DNA from: Microbotryum violaceum
Taxonomy: Eukaryota
Reading direction: 5' to 3'
Length of the DNA stretch: 64,000 nucleotides
Assembly (NCBI GenBank): GCA_001244265.2
Contig: CDLV01000014.1
Span: forward strand, 496,001 to 560,000
This document shows positions 1 through 11,970 of this stretch, one piece after another. Under the pieces are notes generated by a model that saw only the letters and a program-made list of their open reading frames with translations, was not told where the DNA came from and made no database searches. Both the position numbers and the translations under genes were made by a program. How positions within the stretch are numbered: position 1 is the stretch's first letter; each line of letters starts with the position of its first letter.

Positions 1-116
1 TCAAATTTCAAGACTACCGGTTCCGAACTTCGTCAGGAATAGAGCACCACAAAATTGTATGCAAAAACTAAATGGGCCATTTAGCCAGACTTGTGCCCAC
101 GTGCAGTGGCCTACAC

Positions 117-2267
117 CTACTTCTCTGTGGCCTGCATGCTAAGTCTATGGGAACCCTTGTGGGGAAACGCTAGGTCACTAGACCAGAATGGATGTTCGAG
201 CTCGCTAAAGTACCCCAACTCGCACCTCTGGCATCCACAAGTCATTGGGGGGGGGGAAAGAAGAAGAGTGGAATACGGTCTTCGTCAGCGTTGCTCAATG
301 CGCAATGGCCAAACCTAACGTCGCATACTCACCGAATACGTAACCTTCGGCAGCTGGCGAAAGTACTCGTCATACTTCACGTCGAGTGCATCCTTCAATG
401 ACCTAATATTTTTTTGCGGAAACATCTCATTCCAAGGCCTCTTGCACACCTCCCCGACGCAAGTTTTAAGCACGAGCAATAACGCATCCAGCCGAATCAG
501 AAGTTTCTGCAGTTCTGACGATTGCGACTGCACCTCAGCGAGATTGTGCATTTGATCAGGGTCGGTGCGGAGGTCGTAGATCTCGTGCTCGCCCGTACAC
601 CAGACAGCGTAGCTGAGGTCGATTGAGTTACCCTCTACGATTCGGATCGCGCGATAGGTTGTGTTGAGGAAAGACTTGCCTGCGGATACATTGTCAGGAT
701 AATTCAGCTTACCTGGAACAACGGTGTGGGCAGACCTCTCGGACTGACCTGCGTATATCCCTTCTTCGATCCCGTCCACCCAGTACTCCGCCAAATGATA
801 CTGCTTGATCCCTTCCGTCTCCACCATCTGCCGCAATTCTTGGGTCAAAGGCACGAGCGAGCCATCATGCTCATAGTCCGACTTGGCGCCAGCCAGATGC
901 ATGATCGTCGCGCCCAAGTCTGCAAGAGAGTATACTGATTTACTGTCGACCACCCCTTTGGGCACTCCCGGTCCTCGAGCGACGAGGGGAACTCGAATGT
1001 CCTCTTCATAGGGTAGAGTCTTCCCAGGGTTGCGCCGATGCCCGCCATTCGCCTCGAATCCATTGTCCGAGGTGTAGATGATGATCGTATCGTCCAATTT
1101 GTTATTCTTTTCAAGCTCATCGACAACGGCTTCGACCAGCTCGTCGACGGCTTGTAAGGAGCGCAGACGTTGTCGGTAGAACTCTTCGATGTACTCGACG
1201 TGGGCCTGATTCAGTCGTTCGAGTTGACGGACCCAGGAAGCACCACTCGGGAAGGATGGGTTGTGAGAGGCTCGTGAATAGTTCAGGGTCACGTCCTTGA
1301 AGAGATGGGCGTGACGGGGTGCGGATTCGGGGGCTTGAAGCCGGACTGGGCCGAAATCGTGAGAAAGGCTCACGATGTGTGAGTGAGGCGCAATAGGGGC
1401 GACTGCAGCCGAACAGTGCAACTGTCAGAACATCCCCTATATACGACTAAGCTCGACGACGAATGGCGTATACTCACTACCGACGAAGAAGGGGTTGCCT
1501 TGGTGACTTGCATCGCGTATCAGATTCAACGCTTTCTCCTTCACTAGGTCCGTCGAATACGATCCGGCGTGGTACTGTACGGGCGAACCGACGCGACCGA
1601 AAGAGGCATTCACATAGTTGTACGTCTGAGGGTCCAGCAAGAAATCGGCATCTGTAAACGGGAGAACATGCACTTATTATGAATTTCGAGCTATCGTACA
1701 GGGTGCTTTTAACGTCAACTAACCGGTGAAGCCAGCTGGAGCCAATTTTTCATAGTTGTTCACGTTATGCCCATTCATGAGTTTTCCGACGTATCGCGTC
1801 GAATATCCGGCGCTTTGCAGGAAGCTTGGGAGATAACTGAAGCGATGAGACGAGCAGTCAGATCATTGCTCGAAGGCTGTGTCGAATCCTGGATGATCTT
1901 ACTGGCTATTGTACCCCTTCTCGCTAAAGACCCCCCACCCGCCCCAAGGTGGAATGACCGAAGTGACGTTGGTGTTGTGCGCTGCTTGGGCCCTTAGGAA
2001 GGACGTCCTCGAAGGACAGCACAGCGAGACAGGCGCGAAAAAGCGCTCGAACGAGGTGCCTTCCTGGACCAGCAGTCGCTGGACCGCCTTCATGGTCGAG
2101 ATTGAGTCTTGTACCGCATCTTGGTCATCAACGATGATTAAGACGATGTTGGGCTTGTCCTTGGATCGCGTCGATTCGTCTTGAGGGCCTTGAACTTGTC
2201 CTGTTTCCGCGACGGGCAGCAGCACCACTAGCAATAATGCCAACAGTGAAGTGTAAGTGCCCCTCAT
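117..2267 (-). CDS. Secreted arylsulfatase (formylglycine-dependent sulfatase), multi-exon
   Basis: Signal peptide MRGTYTSLLALLLVVLL; KPNIVLIIVDDQD; CCPSR sulfatase signature; YTSDNG and PGKTLPYEEDIRVP; YDLRTDPDQMHNL. Last exon read after the intron at ~331 gives RCELGY...ATEK*, stop at 117-119. Confidence 0.92.
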
Positions 2268-2665
2268 CACGGTCACGAAGTATCAACAGTGTGAGAGGAA
2301 GTTAAGAGCGGGGAGGACACGAAGTGCATTATAATAGCTACCGCACCATCACGGAGTGAGACACTCTGAGACAAGGTCGAACCAAGCTCGTCAATGTCGA
2401 TCACGCAACTACGCTGGGGGAGTAAGCAGAGTTGAGTCTAAACGCTGTCGAATAAGAACATTTACAAGACTGTAGTATCATGTTTCGACGGGACGACTGT
2501 GTCATCAAAGATTACTTGGTTTCGCGGAGTCGGAGCCGCCTGGGCTCGCATCCGGTACAGCGGGTGTCGTCTCCTTTTCAACTGTCCCAGGAGACAAACC
2601 ATGTCTCTCGGTCCAGCGCGTCCCCGGAACTAGCTGCTAGTGCTGATTCAGCATGGGTCGGCCAT

Positions 2666-4500
2666 TAGCTCAACTAAGCCCTCCCTCTGGGAGGGGCTTA
2701 CGAGCTATCGGCGCGCTTGGCCCAGATGCCCTCCGAATTTTCAGGGCCATTTTGGGGTGGTTTTCTGTAACTTGGCAAATACTTACATTCATGCAAAAGT
2801 GAGGGACCCTATTTTTTTTATGCTCTAAAAATAACATACCCCAAGTGGCGAGAGCTTTCATAAGCTGTGGGTGGAGCTACAGCGATCCGAAGTCTGCGAT
2901 CTCGGTCGATCGGGTCTCAGATGGTCCGAGCGCATCGTGTAATTGGCGCTCTCATCATCGGCGAGCCTGCTCCGTTCGGCTTGATCACCTTGTGTACGCT
3001 TCGCTGTTCTCCTCTTTTCACGATCACCGTCGTCCACGTCAAGCGCGACAATATATCAAACCAAAAATGACCCGAACAAGCAGACACCATACCTCGTCAA
3101 CTCGCCAGAACACCCGCCGCGAGGCGGATCTATTCGCTGAATTTCGTAGCCGCGACCTTTCGCTGTGTCAATACCTGTCGTGGTACTTCAGCCCTTCCAC
3201 ACGCTTTGAAGGCGTTCAAACACACCGACTATCAATGCACACCACCATCAATGCACACAATGCACACCACCCCCTGTCCTCGTCATAGACGAGCAACTTG
3301 ACGCGCTCTCGAAAGGACTCGTTAGAGATCAACTTTGCCCAATCTGCATTGTTGATATGCATTTCAGGAGACTTGACACGCAGTAAACAGGAAGGAAAAT
3401 CAACACATGTGCACTTCACTCAAACAGGAGGTCAATCGGCACATACGATCAGAATGAAGGAGATCGTGTGACTGGGGTCGTCCAACTGCCTGTACAGCTC
3501 GCCATCTCTCCAGGTCTCCTCAGATACCACAACCGCTTTCTTTCCCTTTCGGTTGAGAGTGGCAGCCTGAAAGAAGCATGTGACTGCGGAAATCAGCACG
3601 GATGTCGGTCCAGCAAGCCCAGTCGGCAGAAAAACTCACCTGATGATTGCTCAGTGCACTCAGTGGACTGACAACAATGGTGACGGCCCGGCGTCTATGA
3701 GTGAGATACATTGCTTCAAAAATAACACTTTTGCCTGAACCTGTTGGCGCTGTGACGAACACAGCGTCATATCGATCCCGGCTCCCAAATTGATCAAGTT
3801 TGAAAAGTGCAGCAATGGCTTCGATCTGCACAGGCCGGGGGGTAGAGTCCTCGTCAAGACTTTCGCCCAGAATAACTTTGATCTTCTTGCGTAATTCGCT
3901 GGAATCTCGTCGGTCCTCGTGAGTCAAATGTGGCCTCCAGTGACCGAGAACGGTTGTCGGATTGGTTGAATGATTCGGTGCTGGGGTCGTAGGACTGGCC
4001 CTTGAAGCTGATCGCAAGGGAGACGCCCTGAACTCAATTGATGGATGTCGACAGGGCGGTCCCCTAACCGGCCTCGGTGTTTGTACCGACATGGCTCATC
4101 GTGAGGGGAGGTGCGATGTTGAGTGGAGGAGAGAAAGGATGCGTGAAGCGCAGCCGGGCTTAAGTGACCTGGATCTATGCAGCCTGCGACGCGGACTGGA
4201 CTACGACTGGTCCGTGCGCCGACCTGCGTCTCGTTCGGAATCACTTGATTCAAGCTGCTGTAGCGAGATGATCAAGCGTTCCTAGACTTCAAGCTTCGGT
4301 GAAGCTTCATCAATAGAGATGAAGTAAAGATGTATCCCTCCAGCCTTCAGACAGCACCAATATATGCCATGCTACAGCAAGGGGGCACTTTTCAGGGCCA
4401 AATTTTCGGAGGGCAACTGGGCCAAACGCGTCGGAGGGCACCTGGGCCAAACGCGCCGATAACTCACAAGCCCGTCCCAAAGGGAGGGGCGTCGAGCTTA
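2666..4500. mobile_element. Internally deleted TIR DNA transposon with RecQ-like helicase (AcademH-like)
   Basis: Left end TAGCTCAACTAAGCCCTCCCTCTGGGAGGGGCTTACGAGCTATCGGCGCGCTTGGCCCAGATGCCCTCCGA matches the reverse complement of ~4406-4500 (TAAGCTCGACGCCCCTCCCTTTGGGACGGGCTTGTGAGTTATCGGCGCGTTTGGCCCAGGTGCCCTCCGA). Interior carries two convergent truncated ORFs. Confidence 0.75.
3279..4092 (-). pseudogene. Truncated RecQ-like SF2 helicase (N-terminal part only, 3 exons)
   Basis: PRPVQIEAI (Q motif), APTGSGKS (motif I), VVSPLSALSNHQ (Ia), then after GT-AG introns AATLNRKGKKAVVV...FILI and SPEM...LLVYDE. It breaks right after the DE of motif II. Confidence 0.85.
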
Positions 4501-5221
4501 GGTCGAGGTTCCAGCGTTCGCCGAGGTTCCATTTCCCATCAAACTTGCAGCCTGGCACATGACCCTCTGCTTCCCGAAAAGACTGAGACGACCTGTTTTG
4601 CGTGTCTACCACATCGTAGTGTAGTTCCTTTAATCATCCAGTTCCTGCACTGCCGAAATCTATGCCAGACCTCGGGTAATGTCGGCCAGTGCGCCGATTC
4701 CGCCGCTAGGGGCCCCCGTCGTGGAAGCTCTGCAACGAATACGGGATCAAGAAATGCCTGCCGCATGCAACATAGCTAAGAATTCGAGTAAGTAACTTCA
4801 CGAAGTGTGCTCTTGGTGTGGGAATGTGCAGAAGCTAATGGAAAACTACAAAGCAGAAATTCCCTTCAACACGTCCTCCAACTCTCAAGTTGTTTCTTCA
4901 CCGTCAGCTGGTGACACTGCACGCGTGGGTTATCCTTTGACATGGCTGTGCAGTCTTAGATATGACGGAAAAACTGATACGAAGAACAGACATTGAACGT
5001 CAGTGACACAGCGGAAGAATTGACTTCGTACGGTTGATAGTCCGGGTCTTTTTTTATTTTTATTTGATAGACTTCATTAACAGCATAATTATATTAATAC
5101 CTAGAAATCTTCGGAAAAGTCGGAGGGAATGCTGTTACGCACACTGGCAGAAGCCAGTAGTGTAGGACTCATTGACCCTGAACCAGGATCAACCATACCC
5201 ACTAAAACCCCCTTTGGTGTC

Positions 5222-8200
5222 TTACGGAGACACTAGGCGACCCTTGGACTCCTGGATAGAGGCTCGAAGCCCCTCGAACTCCATTTCGGTGATCGGTTCC
5301 AAAAGATCCGACGAGAATCGATGACGGCGACACAGCTTCCAGATCGAGTGAAAGAAGAGGACTCTTAGTTCGACAGGTCGACGTTCCGAGCGAGACACGA
5401 CCGGGCATACAAAGTCCACAAAGACTGGGTGGGGGGTCGGGGACAGAGCAGACCAGAGGCGCCGGGCAAATGGGCAGCCGACCGCGAGGTGAACCAGGCA
5501 CTCGGGTGCTTCCGAGAGGCACATCACACAGGAGGTAGATCGATTGTTGGGATGTGGGCTGGTTGGGGAGGCGACTTGGCTTCCCGGATGGAGGGACCCC
5601 AGGGAGAGAAGGTGGCCGGTATCCTCGGCGCCCGAGTGAACCCGGCGAACCTTGCGCAAAGCCTTCCACCAAGCGTTCCAGCGTTGCTCAGGCAGATCGA
5701 ATACCTTCTGGTGTCCCTTGGGGAAGATAGGGGGGAAGATGAAGACTTGGTGGCGTTTGGACGCGTTCACAAACGAAGACGGGGTCATCACCTCGCCATC
5801 GGGCCCTCGAAAAAGCCTCGGGTTTACCGAGAGTTGTATTCCGTGGCCCGCTGGGAAATAGAGTACGTGCGTCGCCCACCATTGCTCGAGGTTCTGGCTC
5901 TTGGAGAGTTCCGGGGGATTGAGCGTGGTCACCAACGCCCAGGCTTCGAAGTATCGGACCCAACGAGCAGGAAGAAGTTTTGTCGTTTTTCTCACCGCAT
6001 GGTCCCACTTTGGGGGAGGATGGCAAAAGTAAGCCCACCAGATCCAAATCCAAGGGCAACGATGCTGGTTGGGGGCCGGTCTGGACAAGGTGAAAGGGGT
6101 TGGTTCGTTTGGTGCCTGGAGGCGGATGCGGATGTCGAAGAGGTGGCGTGTGAAGCAGCCGTCCGGGGCCCGGAGCTGGAAGACCCACTTCGCGTGATCG
6201 ATTGCTAGACGCCGAGGCAGATCAATCAAACCGAAGCCGCCGTGATCAAGAGGGGTGCAGAGGCGCGACCGGGAGACCTTCGGACGTCGCTGAGTACCAT
6301 CCGAAGCTCGACCGTGAATGGCGAGCATGGCGGCCTCCTCGATCTCCTTGACAACGCTCTTGGGGGCGGGAAGGAATCGGCTGTAGTACAAGATCTTTGT
6401 GTAGCAGTAGATATTGATGATCGAACACTTGGCTGCATATGGGAGATCGTACATCGGAACTGAGCGTATCCGAGCGATGGTCGAGGCCTTGACATCTTCC
6501 CAGCCCGCATCCTCGGCGATCTCCACCCCGACCTGAATACCAAGGTAGCGAAACTGCGAATCGCTGAGACGCCAGGTCCCGAGATCTGGGGCGATCGACC
6601 GATCCCGAAAAGCTCCAAGGGGGTAGAAGAAATATTTGACGTTGCTGAGCTTGCTGGCACTTGCCCGTTCGTAAAGCTCGATCGCCCGATTGAGGTGGTC
6701 GAGGTCCGAGAGGTTGTGGAGTGCGCAGCAAGCGTCGTCGGCAAAAAGGAGTTCGCGAACGTTTTGGAGGCCCGCAATATCGATGCCCTTGACTTTCAAT
6801 CGAATCTGACAGGCAAAACCTTCGATCGCCAGGACGAAGAGAGACGGAGCCAAAGGATCACCTTGCCGAACGCCCGACAGGATGTCGAAAGTGGCAGAGA
6901 GCCAACCGTTGAGGAAGATCGAGGCAGATTGGTTGGTGTAGGTCGCTCGGTACCATTGGCGGGCTTTGGGGCCGAGGCCAACGGCGCAGAGGACTGCATC
7001 AAGGTACGGGTGGGAAAGGCGATCGTAAGCCCTTTCAAAGTCCATCACCGCTAGCATGCCAGACACGGGTGTTGAGCCCGGAAGTCCAGGGTCCATGAGA
7101 CATTGGACCTCAGCGATGTTCGTGCCGATCCAACGATTCGGAACAAAGCCACGTTGGGTTGGGCCGATCAGGGACTCGAGCAAGGGAGCGAGGCGCTGGT
7201 TGTGGGCTTGCGAGATGATGCGCTCGTCCGCATTGATGAGCGATATGGGGCGTTTGTTCGAAAGCTGATCCCTCTCGCCGCGTTTGTGGATGAGATGGAT
7301 GTGGGTGGTGTTGCGGGGAAGAGGTCCAGGCTGACGGGCCTCGGTGGGGATCGAGTTGATGACGTCTCGAAGAATCGGGCCAGTGGCCGGCCACGTAGCG
7401 CGATAAAACTCAACCGGGAGGCCGTCAGGCCCTGGCGAAGAGTTCGACTTACACGCCGCTTGAGCCTTTGTCATCTCCTCCAACGGGTACGCTTCCTCGA
7501 GCTTGAGTGAGTCCGCGGGGAGAGGCGAGTTGAAGCGAGGCCGTCGATGATCGCCTTCAGGACCGCGTCATCGATGGGGCGGTCCTCATAGACCCGCTCG
7601 AAGTAGTCGCTGGCCGCTCCAAGCATCGAATCAGGGTCGGAATGAACAACATCGTTGACCGTGAGCGAAGGGATCAGGTCGGATGCTCGCACTTTGCGCA
7701 GGCGGATGAAGATGGAAGAGGGACCCGCCAGAGATGGGTCGAGGCGGGACCGCAGGGCCGCGCCGTAGCGCGAGTGGTCAGCCCTCTCTTGCTCCGACCC
7801 GCCACGACGGAACCGAGCGAAAGTCCGGGCCAGAGCCTGCAGCTCGGGCAGCAGGCGGTGTTTGGTGGACGTCCAAGCTGCTGGTGGATTGTTGGGCGTC
7901 TGGAGGAGGGCTTTGTTGTAAAGGGTGCGGACAATGGAGGTGAGGTACTTGCAGGTCGCGTCGCCCTCGATCACGTGCAAACCCAGCTTGAATTTGCCCG
8001 GACCGATGTCGATTGCGCCCGGCACTTGGAACCGTGCCACAACCATTGAGTGCGTCGATTTGAGGACAGGAGCCCAAATTTTGTGATCATGGAAGAGGTC
8101 GACCCAATCAGGCGAGAGATAGATGCGGTCAAGGCGACGGCACGTGCCGGGCGCTGAGCGATTCGTCATGGCTCGTCCTTTGGGATGATGGAGCCGATAG

Positions 8201-8798
8201 GCCTCGAAAAGATTGTTGGCCGTGGCAAGGTCGCGCATCTCCTGACCCCCATAATTCGTTCCGTTTTGGTTCTCCGAATCGAGGGCTGGGACTCAACACA
8301 ATTCCAGTCCCCCCCGACTAGGAGCGCAGGCGGCGAGGGTTCGTCACGTACAACTTGTCGGAGGGCGGTGCTGAGGTGTGAGAGGAAGCGTTTTTTGTTT
8401 GGCTTGTCGGAGGAAGGCGCGTATATTGATACAACCCGGACTTTTGAATCACCCACACAAAAGGTGGCGTCGGTGACTCGGTCCGGGAAAGAGAAAGAGG
8501 CACGAAGAGTGTTTGGAGGCGACTCGGGATCAAAAGTAATGACCACGGAGTCGCACTTCCAAAGTATGGCAGTGTTGTTGAAAGGAGTGAAAAGAGCGGA
8601 GAGCTTTAAGTCTTGGCACTCCTGAGTCCACTGGGCCACCCTTTCGGGGGAAGGTCGGCCAGTTTCGCTCAGGAGAAAGACGTCGGCGTTATGGGAGCGG
8701 AGATTGGAGAAAAGAGAGGCACGCTTACGGTCTTCATTGATTGACTGCACGTTGGCAGCAACAAAAGACACGTTTGGGATTTTAGTTGTGCTCATCAT
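5222..8798 (-). CDS. LINE ORF2 (APE endonuclease + reverse transcriptase + CCHC finger), two 1-bp frameshifts in this copy
   Basis: AANVQS, LLSET, SIYAP, GGDWN, RLDRIY, STH; SPGPDGLPVEFY, RPISLIN, DFERAYD, GVRQGDPLAP, LFADD, YLG; CVMC...HLAVGC. Frame breaks at ~8284 and ~7518 in C runs. Confidence 0.9.
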
Positions 8799-10215
8799 CT
8801 TGGTCCATAGCATCTTCCACGTCTTTAGGAGGTGCTTCTTGGTCTTCGGCTTCTTCGTCGGCCTCGTCGTCGGTTTCGGCGTCATCGGGTCGGGCTTTGG
8901 GCGCGGCTGAGGGCAACGGCGTGGGCGAAGACGGCTCGGGGCTCGGCTCGGAGGCTTCGAGGGCAGGCGCAGTGGGAGGGGCTTCACGAGTGGCTGGCTT
9001 GGAGAGGGCGGCAATCGACTTGGATCGAGTTATGATCGACTTTGGCGTGGCCGGAGGAGGGTTTGGGGATGGAGAGGTGGTCTCTGAGCTGGAGGACTCG
9101 GAGGATTTTTCAACGAGGGAGTAGGCAATTCCCTGATTGGAGGCAGGCTGGGGGGCAGGAGGAGTGGCAGTTTTGCAAGGAAAATTGAAGGAGAACTCGG
9201 GGCGGGCATTCTTCGACAGAGAATCGGGCTGAGCTCTGTTGGGCAGATCTTCAGTCTGGGCAGCCAGATCCTGTTCCACTCGACGTTTTTTGGTCGTGCG
9301 GTCGTGGGCGGAGGCCGGGGAGATCGACTTGGACACGGCGGCGGGGGCGGCGGTGGTAACGGTGGAGGCTTGCGGGGCACGTGACGTGGGGGGTCCCTGG
9401 GGGCTCGACACATGACGGGCCGGGCAGTGCTGGGTGGCGTGCGAGGTGCTCGCGCAGGACTTGCACGCCGGGGCGACGGGGCAATCCTTACGGACGTGAG
9501 CCGCGGAACGGCAGAAGACGCAGTGGCGCATGCCACCGGTGATCCTCAGTGGGATTCGCTCAGTGACACCGTCACGAGCAATAGAAAGTGAGGCAGGGGG
9601 CAAAACATCTACATCCTTAAGGGCAAGGATAAAGTCGTACACCCCAGAGATGTGTTTCGTCTTTCCAATGTACTGGATGCGACGACGGAGGACCGTGCCA
9701 TAGGCAGCGATCTGCTCATCGAATAGGCAGAGGCCCTCGGGGTCGGAGAAAAAGCCCGTAAGGGTGCATTGTACAACACCTCCTCTAGTAGAGCTGTACA
9801 GCTTCTCGACTTTGCACAGAGTCTTGCCAACAGTGAGGCCGTTGGCCACCAGGGTGTCGAGATCGGCGGCCTTGGGAAAGCGGAGGCCGCGCTGACCCTT
9901 GATGACGCATGGCATTGCGCCGGTAAGGCCAGGGTAGTATTTGTCAAGCGCGAGGAGGACTTGCTCGACCGAGGTTGAGGGTGGGGTGTTGATGATGACA
10001 CAATTCTCGATGTTGTGCATCAGTGGATGGGCGGCGACGGCAGTCGAGGCGTTGGCGGTGGCGTTTCCGTGCTTCGCAGCGGAGCGGGCGCCGACCGCGG
10101 CGGAGTATGATTTGGTGGTGGTGGCGGGGGCTTGGCCGGGAGGATCGGGAGGGTCAGGGCGAAGAGGTGGTATAGCAGCATGCCTGGCGTTGTTGGTGTT
10201 GTTGTTGTTGTCCAT
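8782..10215 (-). CDS. LINE ORF1 nucleic-acid-binding protein, 477 aa, intact
   Basis: Two CX2CX4HX4C knuckles (CVFCRSAAHVRKDC, CKSCASTSHATQHC), N-terminal PDPPDPP, low-complexity acidic C-terminus. Confidence 0.9.
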   Translation of the reverse strand: MDNNNNTNNARHAAIPPLRPDPPDPPGQAPATTTKSYSAAVGARSAAKHGNATANASTAVAAHPLMHNIENCVIINTPPSTSVEQVLLALDKYYPGLTGAMPCVIKGQRGLRFPKAADLDTLVANGLTVGKTLCKVEKLYSSTRGGVVQCTLTGFFSDPEGLCLFDEQIAAYGTVLRRRIQYIGKTKHISGVYDFILALKDVDVLPPASLSIARDGVTERIPLRITGGMRHCVFCRSAAHVRKDCPVAPACKSCASTSHATQHCPARHVSSPQGPPTSRAPQASTVTTAAPAAVSKSISPASAHDRTTKKRRVEQDLAAQTEDLPNRAQPDSLSKNARPEFSFNFPCKTATPPAPQPASNQGIAYSLVEKSSESSSSETTSPSPNPPPATPKSIITRSKSIAALSKPATREAPPTAPALEASEPSPEPSSPTPLPSAAPKARPDDAETDDEADEEAEDQEAPPKDVEDAMDQDDEHN

Positions 10216-10483
10216 CCAATAGGAGTTTCGACAGGGGGGGAACTCAAATTACCAAACATGGGACATTAAATGTGAGTCTTCACTGTCATTGCTACAGACG
10301 GACAACAGCAAGAATACTGATAGTTGTAACGAATCACGGATTGCGGATCACCATCCCGTGGCAGATCCTTCAACGGCTCGGTTCGGTCGAGTGACCGTCA
10401 TATTGGCAGGTGTGTGTCCAGTCTTTCAAAGGCAAAGCGCAGGACAGCATGACTAACTGACCGGTTGGACTGTAACATCACAG

Positions 10484-11552
<1,069 letters not shown>

Positions 11553-11970
11553 TTCACCTCGGAAAGATCGCCGAATCGGGACCTCGGTGTTTTTTGACCA
11601 AAAAACGGCCTGTGCCGCGGCGATGCGATTCGATGAATATTCGCAAGACGTTGAAGCCTGCAGCGGATGTATCTTTGCGGTCCTTCGTCTGAGGTGGTAA
11701 GGCTCTATCGTAAGGTCGATGTGCTGTTGTTTTAACCGCAATCTAGGTCGTGTCATACGCAGTCAAATCGGGCCGTATTTTTGCCATTCGGGAAAGAGGT
11801 CCGAGTTCCGTCGGCTGGTCGGCTGGTCGACTGCAGATCCCGAGCCACTAATCTCCGATCAACTTAAGACTCGGCGTCCACAAGTTATTTAGCTCCGACG
11901 TTGAACTCCGGTCTCCACCTGGTATTTTCTCGAGGCTCAATGGGTCGAGAGTGATCTGGTGCATAGGGAG

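Larger units (their letters stand above)
5049..10229 (-). mobile_element. Full-length L1/Tx1-clade non-LTR retrotransposon, copy 1
   Basis: ORF1 plus ORF2 (APE endonuclease, RT, C-terminal CCHC finger), A-rich 3' tail AAATAAAAATAAAAAAA, near-identical to 20016-25181. Confidence 0.96.

Noticed and set aside
3279-4092. Cellular Sgs1/RecQ gene or telomere-linked helicase
   Set aside because: Truncated at motif II and enclosed by TIRs, and no telomeric repeats were seen. A transposon origin fits better, though not proven.
4501-5048. Possible gene fragment between the TIR element and LINE copy 1
   Set aside because: Only short stop-interrupted frames with no recognisable family.
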